Notes: generated by a model not told the origin, from the sequence alone. A stretch of 64,000 bases of DNA from Eledone cirrhosa (GCA_964016885.1 CAXHJY010000292.1:1-64000); one strand, 5' to 3'. Counted from the stretch's first letter, positions 28,901 to 42,856 are shown. Program-made: numbers and translations.

Positions 28901-30324
28901 ACCTTTTCAGTTCAACAAATGCCAGTGAGCTATAACATACTTTAAAAATATAAAGTACAAGTTGATATTAGGAAGGGCTTCAGGCCATTGAAAAACTGCC
29001 TTGAAAAGAAAAAGGAAAAGGTTTCATCCCACCTATGTTAGCATAGAAAAACAGACATAAGAATAATGACAACAACTATTTCATAGATATATATATATAT
29101 ATGTTAACAACTTAGGTTCCTTCTATTAACATAGCATCTGTAATTACATATTACTACATACAAGTTGTATGATGATTGATCAGATAGAAAGTAGACAGGA
29201 AGTTCTATTTGTGGTACAGTAGTTTTTATGTTTTTTTAACAGAATCCATTGAGTGTATCTGGTTTAGAATAGATTCCTCATATCCTTGCATATCATATGA
29301 TGCTACTAAAAGCATTAGCAACAGGAAGGGCATTCAGGTGTAAAACAATGCCTCAAAAAGTTCTCAAGGATGAATATGAAGCCAATCATGTCCACAAAGC
29401 TAACCCTTGCTTTAGCAGTGAAAAATGGTCTGAAAATACTTGTAGTAGTAACAGTCAACGTCCTTTCTGTTCAGTAACAGTACATCTGAAATTCCATACC
29501 ACTACATAGAAGTTTTACGTTGATTGTTCAAAAAGAAAATATTAAGCAAGTTCTATTTGTGGTATGCAGAGGAGCTTTTTATTTTCTTATTTTTAACAGA
29601 CCTCACTGTAATATATAGGAACATTTTTCAAGATGGTTCTGAAGAACACTCATTATGTATTCCTATCTGAGAGATTTTGTTGCCATGAAAATTAGTTAAA
29701 CTAAAATTTTACATTACAGTCCTCAAAATACTTCAAACTGTTCTATTTATATTTTCTCAAATACAATCATGTTCATTTAAAACCAAAAAGAACTCTTGGC
29801 ATTGAAAAATAGACATACAATGATCATGATGAGGATGTACTCACAAACATGCATATGTACATGTATATGTAGATATACTTTTTATATATATATATATATA
29901 AATGCATTAAACTCTATGAAAGTAGTCACATTGGTGCCATGATAAAATACACACTATTCTGTAAAGTGGTTGACATAAGGAGAGGCATCCATCTGTAGAA
30001 ACCATGCCAAAATAAAATGTATGTACATGATGAGGTTCCCGTCTTGTGAACCATGACAACCTATGCCAACAGGGAAGATGGATATTATATGATGATATAT
30101 ACATACACAGACTGTTTGAATAAGCCCCAATGAAATAAATGGTAGTAATAGTCAAACCAATATATAAAACATATTAGTCTACCACCAGGATTTACTTCTT
30201 TTATCAGAAAATGTTTGTTATTGAACAAACCCAAAATTAAAACACATACATTTAATGTCCATTTTCCTCTCAAGTATATATCTATCTATCTCTCTATCTC
30301 TATACACATACATAACTCTCCCAT

Positions 30325-30377
<53 letters not shown>

Positions 30378-30953
30378 TAGATAGATAGAGAGAGAGTTTT
30401 GGACAGTATAAATGAAGCAATGAGACTATAGCGAGGAGGAGCTCCACTTAATGATGAGATATATTTGGTAGGAAGTATAGCACTGAAGTGTGATTCAAGC
30501 TACTGAAATTGATGTAGAATAGATAATAGTAGGAGCTTGTATGGTACTTGGTGCAGATAAGACATTAAGAACAACAAGAAATAGATTTAATTAGCAATAA
30601 ATATAAGATTGCGGCGTGGAATATATCTAATTAATAATAGTGAGTAGAAATATGAAAGTCGTGTCTAGCAATATAAATAGCTAGTAATTGACATAATATT
30701 CTATCCATATATCCACATGTAGATAGCTAGATAACTAGAAAGATATCTTTCTGTGTGCGTGTAAGTCTCTCTCTCTCTCTCTTTCTCTCATATATATATG
30801 TATACACATATGCATATATATATATATAAATATGCATATATATTTATATATATACATATGCATATATATATATACATATATATACATATACATATATACA
30901 TATATTATAATGAAATGACAGGAGGCTGGATTTGTGTAAATCCTTGAAAGGTT

Positions 30954-31029
30954 TATTATACTATGATCATTTCAATGACCGGGTTCCGTATGAATCCGGT
31001 GATATCATCAGGTATTCGAAATATAATAC
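30954..31029 (-). ncRNA. Minimal type I hammerhead ribozyme (family 2)
   Basis: Minus strand: atac-CUGAUGA-tatcaccggattc(atacg)gaacccggtcatt-GAAA-tgatca-UA-gtat. Full catalytic core, stem I atac/gtat, palindromic stem III; stem II has mismatches. Confidence 0.75.
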
Positions 31030-31199
31030 GTGATTGTAATAGATAAAATCCATGGGGCTGAAAATCAAGGACCCGAGGGCGATCGCTATCCTGTACCTTC
31101 TACCTTAGCCGGTTGCCCTCGAGTGACGTGGCTAAAGCTTACAGTGTGCTACTACCGGTCAGATAGAGGCTCCATCAAGTAGTGAACCTCAAACCTGAT

Positions 31200-33142
<1,943 letters not shown>

Positions 33143-34060
33143 ATCTTTGCTCCCAAATACAGGGAGTCCTCAACCAATTCCAGCAGCTTCCCGCCTATAT
33201 TAGTGATCCCCTCTGGCTTCTCAACATTCTCTACTAGATATTTTGTTTTAGTCTCATTCATTCTCAGCCCCACACTCATCGACACAGTCTCAACCTCCCG
33301 CATCAAATCCTCTGCCTCCTTCACTGTATTTGTCACCAAAACTATGTCGTCGGCAAATTCACCATCCGATACCTTTTTCGCCCTAACTCTCCTGCTCTGA
33401 GCCGGTGCTACAGTAAAGCCAGAGTCCTGGTGTTTCTCCAGTGCAAGTTGCATACAATAGTCCACTACGATGACAAAAAAGTAGGGAGCCAATGTAGGGA
33501 GCAAAGATTGGGAATACGGAAGATGATGTGGTTGAGAGGAAGAGCAAGGCCTGGGCTGCGTGCCATAGCTTGAGATCGGTGTGGAAGTTGGACCTTCGTA
33601 GAGACCTGAAAGTCCGCCTCTTCATTGCTGTAGTGGAGTCTGTGCTGCTGTATGGGTCTGAGACTTGGACACTGACCAAGAAACTCACTCAGATGGTGGA
33701 TGGGTGCTATACGAGAATGCTGAGGATGGCTCTGAACATTAATCAGTATACACTGAGGATGAAAAACTCAGAGCTGTATGGCAGCATCCCAAAAGTCAGC
33801 TCAAAAGTGACACAGAGGAGACTGAGGTTAGCTGGACATGCTCACCGACATCCAGAGTTGACATTGCACTCAGTACTCCTTTGGGAGCCCCTACATGGAC
33901 ACACTAGAAGAGGAAGACAAAGGTTAAGGTATGTTGATGCCCTCAGGACAGACACTGGTCTGTTGGAGATGCAGGACATGGCAGCGATAATGAGGGACAG
34001 AGACCGCTGGAGAGAACTCGTCCATAGATCTCGGGAATTTTACCCGCCTTAGATAGATAG

Positions 34061-34061
<1 letters not shown>
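33143..34061 (+). mobile_element. RTE-group LINE (family B), 5'-truncated with an inverted 5' segment (33143-33495 minus; 33497-34052 plus)
   Basis: Minus part [33 protein letters not shown]; plus part GAKIG..VESVLLYGSETW..LRLAGHAHRH..RRGR..EFYPP*; (TAGA)n tail. Confidence 0.93.
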
Positions 34062-34126
<65 letters not shown>

Positions 34127-34175
34127 GCATACATATATATATATATATATATAAGATCAAATGATGGTTAAAGGA

Positions 34176-34261
34176 GTTCCATATATTTTATTATGCGCAT
34201 TTCAAAAACAAACATCATCAAGCAATAATATTTGTGTTTTCATCAGATAAAACAGGAGAAC
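34176..34261 (-). ncRNA. Type I hammerhead ribozyme at the 3' end of the left PLE copy
   Basis: Minus strand ttttat-CUGAUGA-stem II-GAAA-tgcgca-UA-ataaaa. Confidence 0.88.
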
Positions 34262-35228
34262 ATGATATGAAGGCTAAAAAACACTTGTTGATAGTGCAGT
34301 TTTAAATCAACATATGAAAAGTGGTTTTAGATTGATGTGTGATATTGGGAAAAATATTTTATTTTGAGAGGGGTGGGGGAGGATGAAAAGGGAAGGAGAT
34401 GAGAGGGAGAGATGGGTGATAGAGAGAAAGAGATAGTTTTTATAACTGAGAGGAGATATATTTTTTACATAGAGGGGTTGAAAACCGTTGGAAGATACTG
34501 TATAAATTAAAAATTTTGAAAATTAACGAAGGGAGGATATGTGCGAGGAAAAAATATTTTATTTAGGGAGGGGGGGGCGATGAAAAAAAGGGGGGAGGAG
34601 ATGAGAGTGAAGGTGGAGAGGGAGAGATGGGTGATAGAGAGAAAGAGATAGTTTTTATAACTGAGAAAAAGATATATTGTTTTAATATAGAGAGGTTGGG
34701 AACCGTTGGAAGATAATGTATAAATTAAAGGAATTTGAAAATTAACGAAGGGAAATTATGTATGAAGATAGAGAGAAAAAAATAATAATTGTGGGTGAAT
34801 ATTCTAACGTCAAAAGAAGAAATGTATGTATTGTGGCAATTTCAAAATTAGCGAAGAGAAAAATTGTTAAGGTTTGTGTGTAGAAGGATTTGAGAAAAAT
34901 AATGTGAAGTTAAAGTTTGTATATTGAATTGATATGTATTAATAATGAGTTCGTTGATGGGGAGAAAAAAAATAATAATAAATTAAGGATGAAATTGAGA
35001 TTAAAAAGATTTATGATAGAGAGAAAAAATAATAATGATTGCGGATGAATATTCAAAATGTCAAAAACAAATGTTATTATTTTACGAGAAGATAGAATGA
35101 GGGTAATGAGTAAACGAGTATTATAGAGTGTATAATGCCCTTTAAAGTAAGGTAGATGGGTATATTTTAAAGAGGTGTATGTATATGTGCCTTTGAGAAA
35201 AGATTCTAAATTGATAAAGAATTGAATA

Positions 35229-37452
35229 TTAACTGTATACTTTGTGAAAAGTTCTATGGAATTTATGCAGGCAGATAGAAAACAAATCTGAGCGTCTATT
35301 TATTATAGAATCTAGGTTAGAGATAATGGTAAATTTTTCATTTAGGCAGAGATTACAGATTTTAGATAGAGAGCTGTTCAAGTATGAGGATGCAGAAGAA
35401 ATCTTTTTCCAAAAGATGTTATATTTAATGTTTTTGTCTTTTAAGGACCATATGAGTTCTGAGAGAGCAGTGTTAGTTCTTTTAAGTTTGTATTTGAAAG
35501 ATGAATGATGATTATAGAGACGAGCTTTAAAAGAGGTGGAAGTGGAGCCAAAATAGGTGAAGGAATTGGTGCTAGTTATAATTTTACATTCATAAATTAA
35601 GTTTTTATCGAGGCAATGGTTGTTGAGAGGACATTTATTTTTAATGCGGCAGTTGCAATTAGAGAGATTATTAATGAGTGATCTAGTGTTATCTATAGAA
35701 GGAATTGGATTGGAGAAGTTGTTTGCGATAGGAATAATAGGAATAATAGTTTCTTGATTTAGAGTTGGATTATGAACATTTAGCGAAGTTGTGTTTGACG
35801 TTGTATTTGGGTTTACAGAAGTTAGCCTAGGGTTTACAATGACGTCGGGAGTACTATTACTGTTATTATGAAATTCAATATTGGAAGGAAGAGATTTAGT
35901 ATTTAATATTTTGTTGTTGTGTTTAGAGATGATGTTGGAAATATTGGAGGATGTAGAATACGAAAATTTGATGGTGTGTTTGTTAAATATTTTACTATAG
36001 ATATGTGAGGGAGGGAAGCATTTATTTAAGGCACTAAAAAATAATTTAGGAATATTGTTATTAATAGAGATGGAGAAAGGAGCATTATACCAGATTATGT
36101 TTTTGTATCTAGGTCTTTTATTAAAATTATTGGAATGGTCATGATTAATTATTCTACTGTAAGTTTTCCTAGAACTTGTTTCTTTATTATATTTGATTTT
36201 GTCTGGATAGCCGGCTTTAGAAAGTGCGTTATTATAGTAATTGGCGTTAGCATCAAAGATGTTTTTATTAGAAGATATGTTAGATATTCTATTTCCAATA
36301 TTATTAACTATAGCATTCTTGATATTGGTAGGATGGTTAGATTTAAAGTTAACATAATTAAGATTCTCATTGTTTTTATGGTAAGGGTAATATAGGCCAG
36401 TGTCAAGATTAAGAGATACATCCAAGAAATTAGCTAGTTTGATACTATTATCAAATTCAATTTTTAGGTTATGTTGGTTAAAGAGATTACGTATATTGTT
36501 CTTAATAATATTAAGTTTAACTATATTGCAATTTAGGATAGTAAAGAGTCCATCGTCACGATAAATTCCACCGCGAAGTTGAGGAATTTTCCGACTCAAA
36601 GAGTTCAAAATGAAGATACCAATTAAATCAGTCAATTGGGATGAATCGGATGCTCCCATTGTGATGTCGAAGTTGTTAGAGGTATCGGCTCTGGTCCAAT
36701 ATTCGTTGTTGAACTCTAGGATGGTTTTACGTGCGGTGAGGATGATGTGAAGTTCATCTGTGGTGATGTCAGAATATTTAAGTGCGAAAGATAGAGCATT
36801 ATTGAGAAGTGAAGGCGAAATGGAGGAATAGTAGCTGGCAATATCGAATTGAATAAATTTTAGTTTGTTTTTATTATCCAATTTGTTGAACCAGCCAATC
36901 ACTTCAGAAGTACCAAACCATAAATTTAGGTTTAAAGAAGAGCAATTAGAACTAACCTGTGGGATAATCCTATCCAAGATGGCTTTACTAACAACCCCCA
37001 GATCAGATTTAGAGGGGGCGATTAATCTAACAGGTAGTTCAGTGCGAAAATTGTTTTTGTGATCCTTGAGATTTATCCTCGGAGTTCTTGGGAGGAATGG
37101 TTCGGTCTTTTTTTCAATGCCAAGTTTTGACATAATCTCATAGGCTTCAAGGTTTATGCATTCTAAATTTTTATGGTTGGTTTTACGATACTTTTTCCTA
37201 AGTTCCTTTAGGATAAGGTTGTTATAATTATCCTTGGAAATACCATATAGGTTATTGGTTTTGTCAGAGTGGACTAAAACATTTTTTGAGGAATTTAGGT
37301 TATAGATTGTGTTCTTGAGATTTACAAGGTGCTCTTGTCCTTTGTAAGGGTATCTCTTGAATTTAAGATTTTTTATTATTTTAGTTAATTCTTCCTCGAA
37401 TTGTGCTAGATTTTTGTTGGAAGGAGGATTTCGTCTAGAATTAAAAAGATGA
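35229..37452 (-). CDS. PLE polyprotein: reverse transcriptase + C-terminal GIY-YIG endonuclease (first ATG at 37133 gives 634 aa; frame open ~106 codons further upstream)
   Basis: Upstream NPP..FEEEL..IKNLKF..VHSDKTNNLY; RT motifs FDIASYYSSI, ITMGASDS, YRDDGL, NFLDVSL; CNCx5Cx5C; LIY..YFGST..FKARLYNH; CNLCLNEK. Confidence 0.95.
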
Positions 37453-37982
37453 TCAAAATTAGCGAAGAGAAAAATTGTTAAGGTTTGTTTGTAGAAGGAT
37501 TTGAGAAAAATAATGTGAAGTTAAAGTTTGTATATGTCATTGATATGTATTAATAATGAGTTCGTTGATGGGGAGAAAAAATTAATAATAAATTAAGGAT
37601 GAAATTGAGATTAAAAAGATTTATGATAGAGAGAAAAAATAATAATGATTGCGGATGAATATTCAAAATGTCAAAAACAAATGTTATTATTTTACGAGAA
37701 GATAAAATGAGAGTAATGAGTAAACGAGTATTATAGAGTGTATAATGCCCTTTAAAGTAAGGTAGATGGGTATATTTTAAAGAGGTGTATGTATATGTGC
37801 CTTTGAGAAAAGATTCTAAATTGATAAAGAATTGAATATTAACTGTATACTTTGTGAAAAGTTCTATGGAATTTATGCAGGCAGATAGAAAACAAATCTG
37901 AGCGTCTATTTATTATAGAATCTAGGTTAGAGATAATGGTAAATTTTTCATTTAGGCAGAGATTACAGATTTTAGATAGAGA
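37453..37982 (-). repeat. Pseudo-LTR-like duplicate of the PLE ORF end and proximal 3' UTR
   Basis: Near-identical direct repeat of 34842-35372. Confidence 0.93.
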
Positions 37983-37996
37983 TAGAGTTTGAGATT

Positions 37997-39901
37997 ATGT
38001 CAAAACTTGGCATTGAAAAAAAGACCGAACCATTCCTCCCAAGAACTCCGAGGATAAATCTCAAGGATCACAAAAACAATTTTCGCACTGAACTACCTGT
38101 TAGATTAATCGCCCCCTCTAAATCTGATCTGGGGGTTGTTAGTAAAGCCATCTTGGATAGGATTATCCCACAGGTTAGTTCTAATTGCTCTTCTTTAAAC
38201 CTAAATTTATGGTTTGGTACTTCTGAAGTGATTGGCTGGTTCAACAAATTGGATAATAAAAACAAACTAAAATTTATTCAATTCGATATTGCCAGCTACT
38301 ATTCCTCCATTTCGCCTTCACTTCTCAATAATGCTCTATCTTTCGCACTTAAATATTCTGACATCACCACAGATGAACTTCACATCATCCTCACCGCACG
38401 TAAAACCATCCTAGAGTTCAACAACGAATATTGGACCAGAGCCGATACCTCTAACAACTTCGACATCACAATGGGAGCATCCGATTCATCCCAATTGACT
38501 GATTTAATTGGTATCTTCATTTTGAACTCTTTGAGTCGGAAAATTCCTCAACTTCGCGGTGGAATTTATCGTGACGATGGACTCTTTACTATCCTAAATT
38601 GCAATATAGTTAAACTTAATATTATTAAGAACAATATACGTAATCTCTTTAACCAACATAACCTAAAAATTGAATTTGATAATAGTATCAAACTAGCTAA
38701 TTTCTTGGATGTATCTCTTAATCTTGACACTGGCCTATATTACCCTTACCATAAAAACAATGAGAATCTTAATTATGTTAACTTTAAATCTAACCATCCT
38801 ACCAATATCAAGAATGCTATAGTTAATAATATTGGAAATAGAATATCTAACATATCTTCTAATAAAAACATCTTTGATGCTAACGCCATTTACTATAATA
38901 ACGCACTTTCTAAAGCCGGCTATCCAGACAAAATCAAATATAATAAAGAAACAAATTCTAGGAAAACTTACAGTAGAATAATTAATCATGACCATTCCAA
39001 TAATTTTAATAAAATACCTAGATACAAAAACATAATCTGGTATAATGCTCCTTTCTCCATCTCTATTAATAACAATATTCCTAAATTATTTTTTAGTGCC
39101 TTAAATAAATGCTTCCCTCCCTCACATATCTATAGTAAAATATTTAACAAACACACCATCAAATTTTCGTATTCTACATCCTCCAATATTTCCAACATCA
39201 TCTCTAAACACAACAACAAAATATTAAATACTAAATCTCTTCCTTCCAATATTGAATTTCATAATAACAGTAATAGTACTCCCGACGTCATTGTAAACCC
39301 TAGGCTAACTTCTGTAAACCCAAATACAACGTCAAACACAACTTCGCTAAATGTTCATAATCCAACTCTAAATCAAGAAACTATTATTCCTATTATTCCT
39401 ATCGCAAACAACTTCTCCAATCCAATTCCTTCTATAGATAACACTAGATCACTCATTAATAATCTCTCTAATTGCAACTGCCGCATTAAAAATAAATGTC
39501 CTCTCAACAACCATTGCCTCGATAAAAACTTAATTTATGAATGTAAAATTATAACTAGCACCAATTCCTTCACCTATTTTGGCTCCACTTCCACCTCTTT
39601 TAAAGCTCGTCTCTATAATCATCATTCATCTTTCAAATACAAACTTAAAAGAACTAACACTGCTCTCTCAGAACTCATATGGTCCTTAAAAGACAAAAAC
39701 ATTAAATATAACATCTTTTGGAAAAAGATTTCTTCTGCATCCTCATACTTGAACAGCTCTCTATCTAAAATCTGTAATCTCTGCCTAAATGAAAAATTTA
39801 CCATTATCTCTAACCTAGATTCTATAATAAATAGACGCTCAGATTTGTTTTCTATCTGCCTGCATAAATTCCATAGAACTTTTCACAAAGTATACATTTA
39901 A
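37997..39901 (+). CDS. PLE RT + GIY-YIG endonuclease, second copy (5'-truncated, lacks the DKT region)
   Basis: 634 aa; differs from the minus copy at four residues (N/I, S/N, R/I, terminal S/I). Confidence 0.95.
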   Translation: MSKLGIEKKTEPFLPRTPRINLKDHKNNFRTELPVRLIAPSKSDLGVVSKAILDRIIPQVSSNCSSLNLNLWFGTSEVIGWFNKLDNKNKLKFIQFDIASYYSSISPSLLNNALSFALKYSDITTDELHIILTARKTILEFNNEYWTRADTSNNFDITMGASDSSQLTDLIGIFILNSLSRKIPQLRGGIYRDDGLFTILNCNIVKLNIIKNNIRNLFNQHNLKIEFDNSIKLANFLDVSLNLDTGLYYPYHKNNENLNYVNFKSNHPTNIKNAIVNNIGNRISNISSNKNIFDANAIYYNNALSKAGYPDKIKYNKETNSRKTYSRIINHDHSNNFNKIPRYKNIIWYNAPFSISINNNIPKLFFSALNKCFPPSHIYSKIFNKHTIKFSYSTSSNISNIISKHNNKILNTKSLPSNIEFHNNSNSTPDVIVNPRLTSVNPNTTSNTTSLNVHNPTLNQETIIPIIPIANNFSNPIPSIDNTRSLINNLSNCNCRIKNKCPLNNHCLDKNLIYECKIITSTNSFTYFGSTSTSFKARLYNHHSSFKYKLKRTNTALSELIWSLKDKNIKYNIFWKKISSASSYLNSSLSKICNLCLNEKFTIISNLDSIINRRSDLFSICLHKFHRTFHKVYI

Positions 39902-40868
39902 TATTCAATTCTTTATCAATTTAGAATCTTTTCTCAAAGGCACATATACATACACCTCTTTAAAATATACCCATCTACCTTACTTTAAAGGGCATTATAC
40001 ACTCTATAATACTCGTTTACTCATTACCCTCATTCTATCTTCTCGTAAAACAATAACATTTGTTTTTGACATTTTGAATATTCATCCGCAATCATTATTA
40101 TTTTTTCTCTCTATCATAAATCTTTTTAATCTCAATTTCATCCTTAATTTATTATTATTTTTTTCTCCCCATCAACGAACTCATTATTAATACATATCAA
40201 TTCAATATACAAACTTTAACTTCACATTATTTTTCTCAAATCCTTCTACACACAAACCTTAACAATTTTTCTCTTCGCTAATTTTGAAATTGCCACAATA
40301 CATACATTTCTTCTTTTGACGTTAGAATATTCACCCACAATTATTATTTTTTTCTCTCTATCTTCATACATAATTTCCCTTCGTTAATTTTCAAATTCCT
40401 TTAATTTATACATTATCTTCCAACGGTTCCCAACCTCTCTATATTAAAACAATATATCTTTTTCTCAGTTATAAAAACTATCTCTTTCTCTCTATCACCC
40501 ATCTCTCCCTCTCCACCTTCACTCTCATCTCCTCCCCCCTTTTTTTCATCCTTTCCCCCCCCTCCCTAAATAAAATATTTTTTCCTCGCACATATCCTCC
40601 CTTCGTTAATTTTCAAAATTTTTAATTTATACAGTATCTTCCAACGGTTTTCAACCCCTCTATGTAAAAAATATATCTCCTCTCAGTTATAAAAACTATC
40701 TCTTTCTCTCTATCACCCATCTCTCCCTCTCATCTCCTTCCCTTTTCATCCCCCCCCCCCTCTCTAAATAAAATATTTTTCCCAATATCACACATCAATC
40801 TAAAACCACTTTTCATATGTTGATTTAAAACTGCACTATCAACAAGTGTTTTTTAGCCTTCATATCAT

Positions 40869-40954
40869 GTTCTCCTGTTTTATCTGATGAAAACACAAAT
40901 ATTATTGCTTGATGATGTTTGTTTTTGAAATGCGCATCATAAAATATATGGAAC
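40869..40954 (+). ncRNA. Type I hammerhead ribozyme at the 3' end of the right PLE copy
   Basis: ttttat(40878-83) CTGATGA(40884-90) aaacacaaatattatt-gctt-gatgatgtttgttttt GAAA(40927-30) tgcgca TC ataaaa(40939-44); distal gttct/ggaac pairing. Confidence 0.9.
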
Positions 40955-41070
40955 TCCTTTAACCATCTTTTGATCTTATATTATGCATACTCCAGTCCCA
41001 CAAACTGTAGAGTGCTTCTTATCCGATATCTGCATTGCTTTATTGTACTACAATAAAACTCACCTCCCAC

Positions 41071-41107
<37 letters not shown>

Positions 41108-41159
41108 GCATATATATATATACATATGCATATATATACATATATATATATACATATGC

Positions 41160-42271
41160 ATCATCATCAGGTTTAGCGTCCGTGTTCCACGCTTGCATGG
41201 GTTTGGACGGGGGTTTTCCCACTTGAGGCAAGAGTGATTGTCTTGCTCGCATAGGACTGTCTGGCGGGTTTTCTACAGTTGGATGCCCTTCCTAACACCA
41301 ACCACATTTACAGTGTGGGGCTGGGCGGTTTTTACCGTGTTGCCTACACGGCCACATTACAGCGTGGACTGTCTGGCGGGTTTTCTACAGCTGGATGCCC
41401 TTCCTAACACCAACCACATTTACAGTGTGGGGCTGGGAGGTTTTTACCGTGTTGCCTACACGGCCACATTTACAGCGTGGACAGTTTGTTTTTTTTTGTC
41501 GTGACACCTACACGATCTCATTTGTTTCGGCCTGGATGTTGTGGGACCAACATAACTTACATTGAAAGGGGCGGTGTGGATGGGGTGGAGGTGGTGGGAC
41601 GGGGGTGTGCTTTGATAGAGATGCCTACTGACTGTAGTAGGTTTTTACTTTGTATTTAGGTAAGGCGGGTCTTCTCTATTACTGAGTACCGCCAAAGGTC
41701 TCGGTCCAGTGACATTGTCTTGGAGAGGTGTAAGCGTGTGAGGTCGGAATTTATCAGCTCGTCCCATGTTTTTCTGGGTCTGCCTACTCTGTGGCTACCG
41801 TCTATCTTTATTGCCCTGCACTTTGTTATACAGCTGTCGTCTTTCATGCGCATCACGTGACCGTACCAACGTAGCCTTCTCTCGAGTAAACAACATCTGA
41901 TCCCTCTTATTTCTAATTTTTTCCTTAGTTCGTTTATGCTTTGCCGTTCAAGTATATTACTATTGCACATCCAGCGGAGCATGCAAGCTTCGTTCCTCTC
42001 TAGTCTGCGTATATCCTCTGCACACAATGCCCAGGTCTCATTGCCATGCAGCATTGCTGTTCGTATGCAGGCATCGTATAACCTGCCTTTCATTTTTAGG
42101 GAGAGCCCTCTAGCGGCTAATAGTGGTATAAGCACTCTGAACTTTTTCCATCCAGTTCTGACTCTAGCTACTGTACTTTCAGAGCACCCTCCCCCACTGC
42201 TGATTTTGTCACCCAGGTAACGGAAGCTGTCCACTATTTCTATAGAACCCTCTGCGCAGTTGAAGGAGCTA
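41160..42271 (-). mobile_element. 5'-truncated RTE LINE (subfamily A2)
   Basis: [51 protein letters not shown]; 3' UTR like 5630-5995. Confidence 0.93.
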
Positions 42272-42316
42272 ATATATATATACATACATATGCATATATA
42301 TATATACATATATATA

Positions 42317-42347
<31 letters not shown>

Positions 42348-42463
42348 ATATGTACATATGCATATATATATACATATACATATATGTACATATATATATA
42401 CATACATACATATGCATATACATATATATACATACATATGCATATACATATATACATATATAC

Positions 42464-42496
<33 letters not shown>

Positions 42497-42581
42497 CATA
42501 TGCATATATATATATACATATATGTACATATATATACATACATATATATATATACATATATATACATACATATATATATAC

Positions 42582-42634
<53 letters not shown>

Positions 42635-42661
42635 CATATATATACATACATATATATATAC

Positions 42662-42698
<37 letters not shown>

Positions 42699-42789
42699 CA
42701 TATATATAAACATATATATACATACATATATATAAACATATATATACATACATATATATAAACATATATATACATACATATATATAAAC

Positions 42790-42856
<67 letters not shown>

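Larger units (their letters stand above)
34150..41073. mobile_element. Composite Penelope-like retroelement insertion: minus copy, partial tandem pseudo-LTR, and inverted plus copy
   Basis: 34150-37140 is the reverse complement of 37990-40980; 37453-37982 repeats 34842-35372; both outer ends abut (TA)n. Confidence 0.95.

Noticed and set aside
14880-29620. Possible host exons or splice sites (e.g. ttacctg at ~14904, taacag at ~29240 and ~29597)
   Set aside because: Isolated splice-like motifs without a supportable coding frame; would need transcript data.
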